This document shows, piece after piece, positions 48,898 through 59,200 of a stretch of 64,000 bases of DNA. The translations under genes were made by a program, and so were the position numbers. The stretch lies in assembly GCA_019745975.1 (NCBI GenBank), contig JAIESQ010000051.1:255-64254 (forward strand), read 5' to 3'. The notes under the pieces are model-generated. The model made no database searches and had not been told where the DNA came from. It was given only the letters and a program-made list of their open reading frames with translations. Position 1 is the first letter of the stretch; each line of letters starts with the position of its first letter. This DNA comes from Pirellulales bacterium (GTDB taxonomy: Bacteria > Planctomycetota > Planctomycetia > Pirellulales > JAEUIK01).

Positions 48898-51432
48898 ATG
48901 ACGACCGCGCTGGTGACCCAAGGAGTTGGGGCCGTCAATTCGCAACCGTGGTGGGAAAGTTATTTCGCCACGACCTGGGACGGCAATTGTGGGCGCGTGC
49001 AGACCACTCGGTTCATGGAGTGCGTCGTGCGCAACCTGCCGACGCTGCTGCGCGAGGATCTCCAGGCAGGTCGGCTCTCGATTCTCGACTGGGGATGCGC
49101 GTTCGGGGATGGAGTGCGCGTGCTCGCGGAGGCGTTCCCCCGATGCCAGGTGGCAGGGCTGGATTTCGCCCAGCGCGCCATCAACGAGTCGCGGCGAGTT
49201 TATCCTCAACATGAGTTCATTCACGCGATCGACGGTCGGATCACGCGGCCCTTCGATGTCGTGGTCACGTCGAATTGCCTGGAGCACTTCGACGAACCGC
49301 TGGAGGTCGCCGCGGGGCACCTCGCCTGGTGCCAGACCTGGTACGTAGTGTTAGTACCCTACAACGAAGCGAATCTGCTGGACCAGCATCGCAGCCGTTT
49401 TACCGAAAGTTCTTTTCCAGAGCGGCTGCACGGATTCGTGAGGATTTGCGTTCGTGCAGTTGACGTTGATCAACGCGTCTGGACCGGTCAGCAACTAATT
49501 GCGGTCTACGTGTCGATCGCGGCCTTGCAGCAAAACACAACCTTACGGCGGCGCTTTCTCGAGTGGATCTACCAGCGCAAGTTGCCGGCGACAGCCACTT
49601 GCTCGGCTAGGACTGGCGCCAACAACAGCACTCGAGACGGCGCTAGCACGCCGGAAGCGACAAGTACGTTGCCCAGCCGAAGCAATGAGGCCGCCCGCGA
49701 TGGTTTTGTGAGCGGCCCGTTGCAGAACATGGTGTCGGGCATCGGCAACCTCGAAGCGTGGCTGTTGGAGTCCTTCTTCGAGCGTATCGAGCTAACTTCG
49801 TGTATTACGCATATTCAGGCCGAGCACCTGCAGCAAACACGACGACTCGAGAGCCAGCTGCAAGCGTTGCAAGCGCAATTGGCGGCGATCGAACATTCGC
49901 GAACCTGGCGGCTGGCTTGTCATTTCCGCACGGCGCGCATGTTGTGCGTGCCGCCACAAAGTCTGCGGGCGCAGAGCGCGCGCGCCATGGTGCGCGGACT
50001 GCGAGCCGCTCGGCGCGGAGCGATGGTAGCCGGCCGCGGCGCGAGCGCTTTGTTGCGCAAAAGTCCTACCTTTCCCCAAACGGTTGTATCCGACTTTCGC
50101 TGGCTGGCGAGCGGTGCGAAGACTCAAGCCAAGCGCGTTGCCAGGCGTACGCTGCCGCCAGCTACCCGGCAGTGGATACGTCGTGCTTTGCATCGCAGCA
50201 GCCAGCCGACTCCAGAAGCCACGCTGCGCTGGCAAACGTTTGTAGCGAATCACGTGCACACGGCGGCGGCGCACAAGCTGGTCGTCATCGTGTCGGGAAC
50301 CACGTTGACGACGGCCGAGGGCCAGCGACCAACACGGCTGGCACGCGAGTTCGCGCGACGAGAGATCCCCGTCCTCTTCGTTTATTTTCGCTGGAATGAG
50401 CGTGATCCGCTTCCCGCGACCAAGTCGCCGTGGGTGCTGGAACTGCCGCTCGATTGGTTCGTCTGGAACCACCCGGCGATACTGTGCGATCGCTCGCTAG
50501 GTTCGCTCGAGCGCGCCTTGCTGATGGAGTTTCCGCATCCATCCTTGCTCGAGATTGTCAATGCGGCCAACGCCTATGGTTGGCGGACGATCTACGACAT
50601 TATCGACGACTGGGACGAATTCCACGCGGTCGGACAGGCGGAGTGGCACGACCCGGACATCGAGCGCTATCTGGCCAATAACGCCGACGTTGTCACGGTC
50701 ACCTGCGCGGCGCTACGAGCGAAAGCCGCGGGCCGCGATCATGCTGAAGTCGTGCTGTTGCCGAATGCCTACGAAGATTGGTCGGTGCCAATCGACCTGG
50801 CGGAAAAGCCTGGATCTGCTGATCCGGTCCGGGTCGGGTACTTCGGCCATTTAACGCCATCGTGGTTCGACTGGGGGTTAGTTGCTCAAGCGGCGCGTCG
50901 GCGGCCGGATTGGGTTTTTGAGATCATCGGCTACGGTGATGAATCGGCGGCGCCCTCGCTGCCGAACGTGCGACTGCTAGGCAAGGTGGAGCACGCGCAG
51001 TTGCCGTCGCACGCGCGGAGCTGGAACGTGGCAATGATCCCGTTCCGCTCCAGCAAGCTCGCGGCGGCGGTCGATCCGATCAAGATCTACGAGTACATCG
51101 CCCTGGGGTTACCCACGGTGGTTTGCGGCATGCCGCACTTGAGCGACTACCCTGGCGTGGTGTGCTGCGAAGGGGCGGACGCGTTTGTCGCGGCCGTGGA
51201 GCGGGTTGGCCGCCAACGTCTGTCGGATGCAGAGGTCACGGCCTTCTTGGCCGGCAACCGTTGGGTCAATCGCGTCGACCGGCTGCTCGAACTGGTCGAA
51301 CGGCCGGAACATCGGGCCGTCATGGGGCGGGCGATTTCCGGGCTGTTTCAGCCGACAGCGTCGCTGCAGGATACCCCGTTGCCGAGGGGCGAAAGCTCGT
51401 CGGCCTCAGTAGCAACACAACGAGCTGCGTAG
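48898..51432 (+). CDS. Bifunctional SAM-methyltransferase / coiled-coil / GT-B glycosyltransferase protein
   Basis: The N-terminal methyltransferase reads ILDWGCAFGDGV...VVTSNCLEHFDEP. The central heptad-like region is LQQTRRLESQLQALQAQLAAIEHS. The C-terminal GT module ends in IPFRSSKLAAAVDPIKIYEYIALGLPTV. Confidence 0.7.
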   Translation: MTTALVTQGVGAVNSQPWWESYFATTWDGNCGRVQTTRFMECVVRNLPTLLREDLQAGRLSILDWGCAFGDGVRVLAEAFPRCQVAGLDFAQRAINESRRVYPQHEFIHAIDGRITRPFDVVVTSNCLEHFDEPLEVAAGHLAWCQTWYVVLVPYNEANLLDQHRSRFTESSFPERLHGFVRICVRAVDVDQRVWTGQQLIAVYVSIAALQQNTTLRRRFLEWIYQRKLPATATCSARTGANNSTRDGASTPEATSTLPSRSNEAARDGFVSGPLQNMVSGIGNLEAWLLESFFERIELTSCITHIQAEHLQQTRRLESQLQALQAQLAAIEHSRTWRLACHFRTARMLCVPPQSLRAQSARAMVRGLRAARRGAMVAGRGASALLRKSPTFPQTVVSDFRWLASGAKTQAKRVARRTLPPATRQWIRRALHRSSQPTPEATLRWQTFVANHVHTAAAHKLVVIVSGTTLTTAEGQRPTRLAREFARREIPVLFVYFRWNERDPLPATKSPWVLELPLDWFVWNHPAILCDRSLGSLERALLMEFPHPSLLEIVNAANAYGWRTIYDIIDDWDEFHAVGQAEWHDPDIERYLANNADVVTVTCAALRAKAAGRDHAEVVLLPNAYEDWSVPIDLAEKPGSADPVRVGYFGHLTPSWFDWGLVAQAARRRPDWVFEIIGYGDESAAPSLPNVRLLGKVEHAQLPSHARSWNVAMIPFRSSKLAAAVDPIKIYEYIALGLPTVVCGMPHLSDYPGVVCCEGADAFVAAVERVGRQRLSDAEVTAFLAGNRWVNRVDRLLELVERPEHRAVMGRAISGLFQPTASLQDTPLPRGESSSASVATQRAA

Positions 51433-51501
51433 CGTTGCACGCACGACAATGCTCAATTGGCCTGGCGCACGTTTCTGCGAACTTGGCATGAGACGACAAC
51501 T

Positions 51502-52653
51502 ATGAATTCGCCAGACCCCGTGCTCTTGCCGCTTCGTCCGCGGCTGGCCGAACCGCAGGGCTATCGGCCGCGCGTTGTGTTTTTCTACCAGTTTTGCACG
51601 CTAGGCGGGTGCGAGACGGTGCTGAAAACGCGCATGACCGAGCTCTTGGCCCGGGGCGTCGACGCACATGTCGTGTTCCTCGAAGGTGGCGACGGCCAGG
51701 CGCTCTTTGACGACATCGCGCCCCACGTGACCATTTCCAGCAACTACCGCCACGTGACGGCAAAACTGGCGGAGTTGCGCCCCGACTTTCTCGTCAGCAT
51801 CGATACACCGGATGCCCTGCGCTATCAGCCGGGCACCGGATCACGCGCGCGGTGGATTTACGAGGTTCACACAACTTATAGCGAAGGCTTGCGCGTTGCG
51901 CGGAGCTTGCCGAATCGCGGAGTCTCGGCGGTTCTCGTGCCAAGTTTCGAGCAGCGCAATCTGGTTCACCAGCTTGTCGGCTCGACGGCAAATCTCAACG
52001 TTGAAGTTGTGCCGAATCCACTTTCACCGGCATTTACTCCCACTTCGGTGGCCGTCAACGCAAGGTGCCCGGTCGTCTGTTGGGTGGGCCGGCTCGACAA
52101 TCACAAGAACTGGCGGCTGTTTGTGCAAGCGGCGTCGCGGGCCGCCAAGCGTGGGATCGACTGCGAGTTCTGGATTGTCGGTGGTGGTAGTGCGGCGCGC
52201 GCCGAGAAGGAACAGCTCTGGCAAACGGTTCGCGACCTCGGCCTTGTTGAGCGGTTGCGCTGGGTGCCGCGCGTCGAATACGACGACATGCCCAACATCT
52301 ACCGCTTTGTCGCCGGCACCGGCGGCTGCCTGATCTCGACGTCGCGGCAGGAATCGTTCGGCATGGTGGCGCTGGAAGCGATGGGTTGCGGCTGTCCGGT
52401 GGTCGTACCCGATATCGGCGGCTTCCGCGATTTTGTCGAACACGGCATTAGCGGGCTGCGTTTCCCAGTTGGCGATGCCGACGTCGCCGCCGAGAGGATC
52501 GTAGAGTTGTTGTCGCCAAGTCTCCGGCGCGACTTGATGATCAACGCCGCGCTTGAGATGGTTCGAAGCCGCTACACGGCTCCGGCGGTCGTCGATGCAT
52601 TTCTGCGCGCTGTGTCCAAGATCAGCGCGAAAGCTGCCGCGGCGGCCGCGTAG
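51502..52653 (+). CDS. GT4 (GT-B fold) glycosyltransferase
   Basis: The retaining-GT signature is ISTSRQESFGMVALEAMGCGCPVVVPDIGGFRDFVEHGISG (E-x7-E region). The start was chosen at MNSPDP. Confidence 0.85.
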   Translation: MNSPDPVLLPLRPRLAEPQGYRPRVVFFYQFCTLGGCETVLKTRMTELLARGVDAHVVFLEGGDGQALFDDIAPHVTISSNYRHVTAKLAELRPDFLVSIDTPDALRYQPGTGSRARWIYEVHTTYSEGLRVARSLPNRGVSAVLVPSFEQRNLVHQLVGSTANLNVEVVPNPLSPAFTPTSVAVNARCPVVCWVGRLDNHKNWRLFVQAASRAAKRGIDCEFWIVGGGSAARAEKEQLWQTVRDLGLVERLRWVPRVEYDDMPNIYRFVAGTGGCLISTSRQESFGMVALEAMGCGCPVVVPDIGGFRDFVEHGISGLRFPVGDADVAAERIVELLSPSLRRDLMINAALEMVRSRYTAPAVVDAFLRAVSKISAKAAAAAA

Positions 52654-53204
52654 ACTCTGTTCCCCGCACGCTTTAACGGCGGGATCGGCCGCGCAGAGTC
52701 ACGTCGTCGCGATTGCACGCGCAAGAGCTTCTCCCGCGCGCGGCTTCGCATTTCAGCTCCAGCGATGCACGCTGGTTTCGGTAATCGTCGACACGAAGTC
52801 CCCCTCAGCCTGCGCTGGCTGTCGGTTGCGCAAATTGCCGTAGAAAAGTTCTCGACCGCGCCTCAAAATCGGCCCGGCGATTTGCTCTTAAATCACTACG
52901 CTGATTCAGCTTGCGAAATGTTTCGCATTTGCAACATTCCGTCGGAATCGCCGCCAACGATTTTGACGGCGATCTGGCAGAACCGCGTTATTGTTTTCCC
53001 AAAACATCCAAATTACTTTGAAGGTCTGCCTTCAAGGTAGGGACTACCTCGACGGCGCCGCGAGGGTAACTGGCGGGCGGTCTTTCGCCCGCGCCCCTCT
53101 CATCGGATGCATCCACGTTCTGTGGATTCGGCGCTCGGCAAGGCAGGCGTAGCGCAGGGACGCCTTCCCCCTCGTCGCACGCCCTCTAGTTCTGAGGTGG
53201 CGCC

Positions 53205-56200
53205 ATGCGCCAGTCGTGGTTCCGCGCCCATTTTGCGCGCTCCAGCCGGCATACCGTGGCCAAGAAGTTCGCGCCGCGGCGGCGCCGGCTGCGGATCGAA
53301 TGGCTTGAATCGCGGCACATGATGTCGGTCAATCCGATCATGGCCGAGAACCTGTTGCCGGGCACTCCCCAGAGCCAATGGGATCTCGTGGCGCAAACGT
53401 CCTCGGAGATTGCCGGCTACACGGCGGACATTAGCTACGACATCGGGCAGACTGTCGAATTCAAAATCAGCACCGCCGCGACCTCCTACCGGATCGACAT
53501 TTATCGAATGGGGTACTACGGCGGCGACGGGGCGCGCCTGGTCACGTCGCTCTTCGAGTCGAGCCCCAGCCTGCAGCCGGGGCCGATTGCCAATCCCACC
53601 ACTGGCCTTGAAGACTATGGCACTTGGGGGGTAACCGCTACTTGGACCATTCCCGAAGCCGCGGTTTCGGGGGTTTACTTCGCGAACCTGGTGCGCACCG
53701 ACGGCGTGTCGGGCGCCAACCAGATGTACTTCGTCGTGCGCGACGACAACGGAAATTCGGACTTGCTCTTCAAGACTTCGGACGCCACTTGGCAAGCGTA
53801 CAACTCGTGGGGTGGCGAAAGCCTGTATGAGGACGACGGCGACCTCGCTGCCGGACGCGCCTTTGCTGTCAGCTATAACCGGCCGTTCAACAATCGCACG
53901 ACCGGGATCACCAATAGTGTGTTCTATACCGAGTACCCGATGATTCGTTGGCTGGAAGCCAACGGGTACGACGTCAGCTACTTCACCGACGTGGACGCCA
54001 ATCGCTATGGCAACCTGCTGCTAAACCACAAGACCTTCCTGTCGGTGGGCCACGACGAATACTGGTCGGCCGAAGAGCGCACCAACGTCGAGGCGGCGCG
54101 CGATGCCGGCGTCGACCTGGCATTTTTCGGTGGCAACGACGTCTTCTGGAAAGTGACATACGCCGATGCGATCGACGGCACCAGCACGCCGTATCGCACG
54201 CTGATCTCCTACAAGACGTCGTTGGACTATACCTCTTCCGATCCCAATTCTTCGATCTGGACGGGAACATGGCGCGATCCGACGTCCAGCCCGCCGCTCG
54301 ATGGCGGGTACCCTGAAAATGCCCTGACCGGAACAATGTTCGCAGTCAACGGCGATGGCACGGGCGGTTACGCCATGCAAGTTTCCGCCGAAGAAGGTCA
54401 GATGCGCCTCTGGCGCAACACGTCGATCGCCGAACTGGCGCCGGGCGACGTGGCGACACTCACCAATCGAACGCTGGGCTACGAATGGAATATCGATGCC
54501 AATAACGGCTTTCGTCCGGCAGGATTGATCAACCTGTCGAGCACGACGATGGATGTCGCGCTCATGCTACAGGATGCCGGCGGAACCTACGGACCGGGGA
54601 AGGTCGAGCACAGCTTAACCATGTACCGGGCAGCCAGTGGTGCCTTGGTCTTCAGTGCTGGGAGCATTCAGTGGAGTTGGGGGCTCGACGGCAATCACGA
54701 CTGGATTCCGTCGGTCCCCGATCCGCGAGTCCAGCAGGCCACGGTGAACTTGTTTGCCGACATGGGCGTGCAGGCCGGCTCGTTGCAGGCCGGGCTCGTG
54801 CAAACGACGGCCTCGACCGATTTCACCAAGCCGACTTCGACCATTACCTCGCTCACGAACGGTAGCACGGTGCTGGCCAATGGCGCCGTCTTCATCACGG
54901 GCACGGCGCAGGACTCGGGCGGCGGAGTCGTAGGGGGCATCGAGATCTCCGTCGATGGCGGCCAAACCTGGTTCGAGGCCAACGGCCGCCGCAACTGGAC
55001 CTATCAATGGAACCCCTCGACGCCGGGGGCGTACCGCATCCTGACGCGCGCGGCCGACGACAGCGGCAACCTCGAAATCCCCTCGGCCGGCATCACCGTG
55101 AACGTGGTCGCCGCGACCAGCCAGTCGAGCATTTGGAACGACAGCACGCTGCCGGCCATCACGTCCAACCCTGATATCAATCCCGTCGAACTCGGCATGA
55201 AGTTCACGACGACCGCGGGCGGGTATCTGACCGGCATGCGGTTTTACAAAGGCGTCCAGAACATCGGGACGCACGTCGGTCATCTGTGGAGCAGCACGGG
55301 CACTTTGCTAGCTACGGTCACTTTCGCCAATGAGACCCCGAGCGGCTGGCAGACGGCGTTGTTTGCCACGCCCGTGCAACTGCAGGCGAACACGACTTAC
55401 GTTCTCTCGTACTACGCCCCGCAAGGCCGCTACGCGGTCACACCGAGCTATTTCAGTGCCGGTGGCGTCACCAATGGAAACCTCCGCGCACTGGGAGATG
55501 GCGAGAACGGCAGCAACGGTCTGTTCTTTTATGGCGGCTCAGGCTTTCCGACTGGCACCTATAGTTCTGCGAACTACTGGGTCGACCCGATCGTCGCCCA
55601 GGCGAGCGTGACCATCGCACCGGGAGATGGTACCGGCAATGTCGCTGTGGGCAGCACCATCACCGCAACCTTCAGTGCGGCAATGTCAGCCGCGACGATC
55701 AACGCGAACACCATTCAATTGCGCGACGGCACGGGCGCCGTCGTGGCCGCGACCGTCAGCTACAACGCCACGACGCGCGTGGCGACACTTACGCCGACGA
55801 GCCCACTGTCATCTGGCATGACCTATACGGTGGCCGTTTTGGGCCAGCCGGGTGGTATTGCCGATAGCCAAGGCGTGGCCCTCGGGCGCGACGTGGTGTC
55901 GACGTTCACCACCGAAAAAGTGACTTACGGGCCAGAGCAAGCCTTGTGGTCGTCGTCCGCGGTTCCGCAGATGATCGACAGCACCGACGGCGGCGCCGTC
56001 GAGGTCGGGCTGAAATTCCAAGCCAACGTCGATGGCTTCGTGACGGGCGTGCAATTCTACAAAGCGGCCAACAACACCGGCATGCATACGGGGAGCCTGT
56101 GGACGACGGATGGCCAACTCCTCTCGACCGTGACTTTCACGAACGAGACAGCCAGCGGCTGGCAGTACGCCAGCTTCTCCAGTCCCGTCGCCGTGAAAGC

Positions 56201-59200
56201 CAATACGACCTACGTGATCTCCTACTACGCGCCCTTCGGGCACTATTCCGTGACGCCCTCGGGCCTGAATTCGGCGATCAGCTCCGGAGCGCTGACGGCG
56301 CTGGCCAGCACGGCGGCCAACCCCAATGGCGTTTTTCGCTACGGCAAGACCGGCTTTCCGAGCAGTTCCTACTCGGCGAGCAACTACTGGGTATCGCCCG
56401 TCTTTGTTGGCAAGCTGGTGGACCGGATCACTCCGGTCTTTGGCACGACGGATTTCGCCGCCGACGCGCCGATCACCATATCGTTCACGCGCGCCATGGA
56501 CGTGGCCAGCATCACGACCAATTCAATCCAGCTTTACGACGCGGACTTGAACCTGATGCCGGCCACGGTGACGTACTCGGCCGCCAGCCGCACAGCGACT
56601 CTGACCCCGCTCAACGCGCTCGGCAGCAACGCCAGCTACACGGTGGTTGTGCGTGGTCGTGGCCCCGGCGTCAAAGACGCGTCGGGTAATGCCATGCCGG
56701 AGGAGGTTGTTTCTCTATTCACAGCGGTGCCGCCGAGCGCGGCGCCACAGTCGGTCTGGACGTCGTCAGCAACGCCAGCGATCCCCGATACGGCCGATCC
56801 AGGCGCCGTGGAACTTGGGATGAAGTTCAACGCAACCGCTAACGGCTATATCACTGGCGTGCGCTTTTTCAAGAGTACGATGAACACCGGCGTTCATGTC
56901 GGTAGCCTGTGGACCGCCGATGGCACGCGGCTGGCCAGTGTGACCTTTACGGGCGAATCGGCGTCGGGATGGCAGCAAGCGTTGTTCAGCACTCCTGTCG
57001 CGATTCAGGCGAACACGACCTATGTCATTTCGTACTACGCGCCAAACGGCCGCTTCTCGATGGACGTGGCCGGCTTGAGCGGCGGCGTCTCCAACGGCGC
57101 GTTAAACGTGCAGGGTGGCGCCGACGCGGGCGTATTCCAGTACGGCGGCTCGGCGTTTCCCACGAGCAGTTACCAGGCGAGCAACTACTGGGTCGACGTG
57201 GTGTTCGTGAAGTCGCCGATCGCGTCGGTCAGCCCGGCGGCTGGCGCCACGGGCATGTCGCTCACCAGCGCCGTGGCGGTGGCGTTCAACACCGACATGA
57301 ACGTGTCGTCGATCAACAACTCGACGATCCAACTGAAGACGACGGCGGGCGCTTCGATCGCGGCCAGCGTCACTTATAACACCGCGACGCGAACCGCCAC
57401 GCTGACACCAGCCACAGAACTTGCGTACTCGACGCAATACACGATCACGGTTGTCGGCGGCGCCAACGGTATCAAGGACAGCTTGAATAACACGCTGCCC
57501 GTGGCATTCACGTCGAGCTTTACGACAGTGGCGCCGCCAAGCGTGTCGAGCATCACGCCGAGCGCCGGCGCGACCAACGTCAGCACCATCAGCGCCGTGT
57601 CGATCGTCTTTGGCCAGGCGATGAGCGCCGCGACGTTGACGGCAGCCAATCTCAAGTTGCAAGATTCGAGCGGCGCACAGATTGCCATCACGATCATCTA
57701 CAACCCCACCACGCGGACGGCCACGCTGACGCCTAGCGCAACGTTGGCCAACGGTACGACGTACACCGTCGTCGTGGTCGGCGGCACGAGCGGCGTGCGC
57801 GACGCCTTGGGCAATACTCTGCCTACGAACGTCACCTCCTCGTTCACGACCGTGCCCGTGGCGGCTGCTTCCTATAGTGTGTGGGGCGGAACCCCGACGC
57901 CGGCCATCGTCGATAGTGGTGAAGTCGCCGCGCTTGAAGTCGGCATGAAATTCCGCGTCACGGCTGACGGCTTCATCAGCGGAGTGAGTTTCTACAAGGC
58001 GGCGGCCAACACCGGCTCGCACATCGGGCATTTGTGGAGCAGTAGTGGCACGCTGCTGGCCACCGTGACCTTCACCGGCGAAACCGCTTCGGGCTGGCAG
58101 ACCGCCCAGTTCTCGAATCCCGTCGCGGTCCAGGCCAACACGACTTACCTGGTGTCGTACTACGCCCCGCGGGGGCGCTACTCGATGACGATCGGCGGAC
58201 TGGCGAACACGATCGACGCCGGGCCGCTGCAAGCGTTGGGCGGGGGAGTCGATGGCGTCAACGGTGTGTTCCGCTACGGCTCGTCGGGATTCCCCACCGA
58301 TAGCTGGAGTTCGAGCAACTACTGGGTCGACGTCGTCTATGTGAAATCGCCGATCGCGTCGGTCTCGCCGATCAGCGGAGCGACGGGCGTGGCACTGTCC
58401 AGCGCCGTGACGGTGACCTTCAACACCGACATGAACGCGGCGTCGATTGGCGGCTCGACGATTCAACTAAAGACGGCGGCCGGCGCGACCGTGCCCGCCA
58501 ACGTGACGTACAACGCCACTACGCGCACCGCCACGCTTACGCCGACATCGACTTTGTCGTACTCGACGCAGTACACGGTGGCGATTGTCGGCGGCACGAG
58601 TGGCGTCAAAGACAAGGCCAATAACACATTGCCGGTTGCCTACACGTCGAACTTCACGACCATCTCGCCACCCAGCATCGCGAGCATCACGCCCAGCGCC
58701 AATGCGACGAACGTCGGCGTTAATAGCGCGATCTCGATCGTCTTCGGCCAGGTAATGGACGCCACAACGCTGACGGCGGCGAATCTCAAGCTGCAAGATT
58801 CCACCGGCGCGCAAGTCGCTGTCTCGATCTCCTATAACGGCAGCACGCGCTCCGCCACGCTCACGCCCACAACTTCGTTGGCCAATAGCGCGACCTATAC
58901 GGTCACGGTGCTCGGCGGTACGGCTGGGGTGCGCGACGCCTCAGGCAACACCTTGCCGGCCGACGTGAGCTCGTCGTTTACCACCGTGCCGGTGGCGCCA
59001 CCATTCTATAGCGTGTGGGGTGGAGCGGTCACACCGGCGATGACCAACAACGGCGATCCAGCGGCCGTCGAAGTGGGCATGAAGTTCCGCGTCGACGCTG
59101 ATGGTTTTATCACCGGCATGAGCTTCTACAAGAGCACGGCCAACACCGGCACCCACGTGGGACACCTCTGGAGCAGCAATGGCATGTTGCTGGCCACGGT

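Noticed and set aside
57102-58466. A 454-aa ORF on the minus strand, together with several similar ones between 53100 and 59700.
   Set aside because: They are antisense to the giant DUF4082 gene. They are Arg/Gly/Asp-rich and repetitive only because the sense strand is repetitive.
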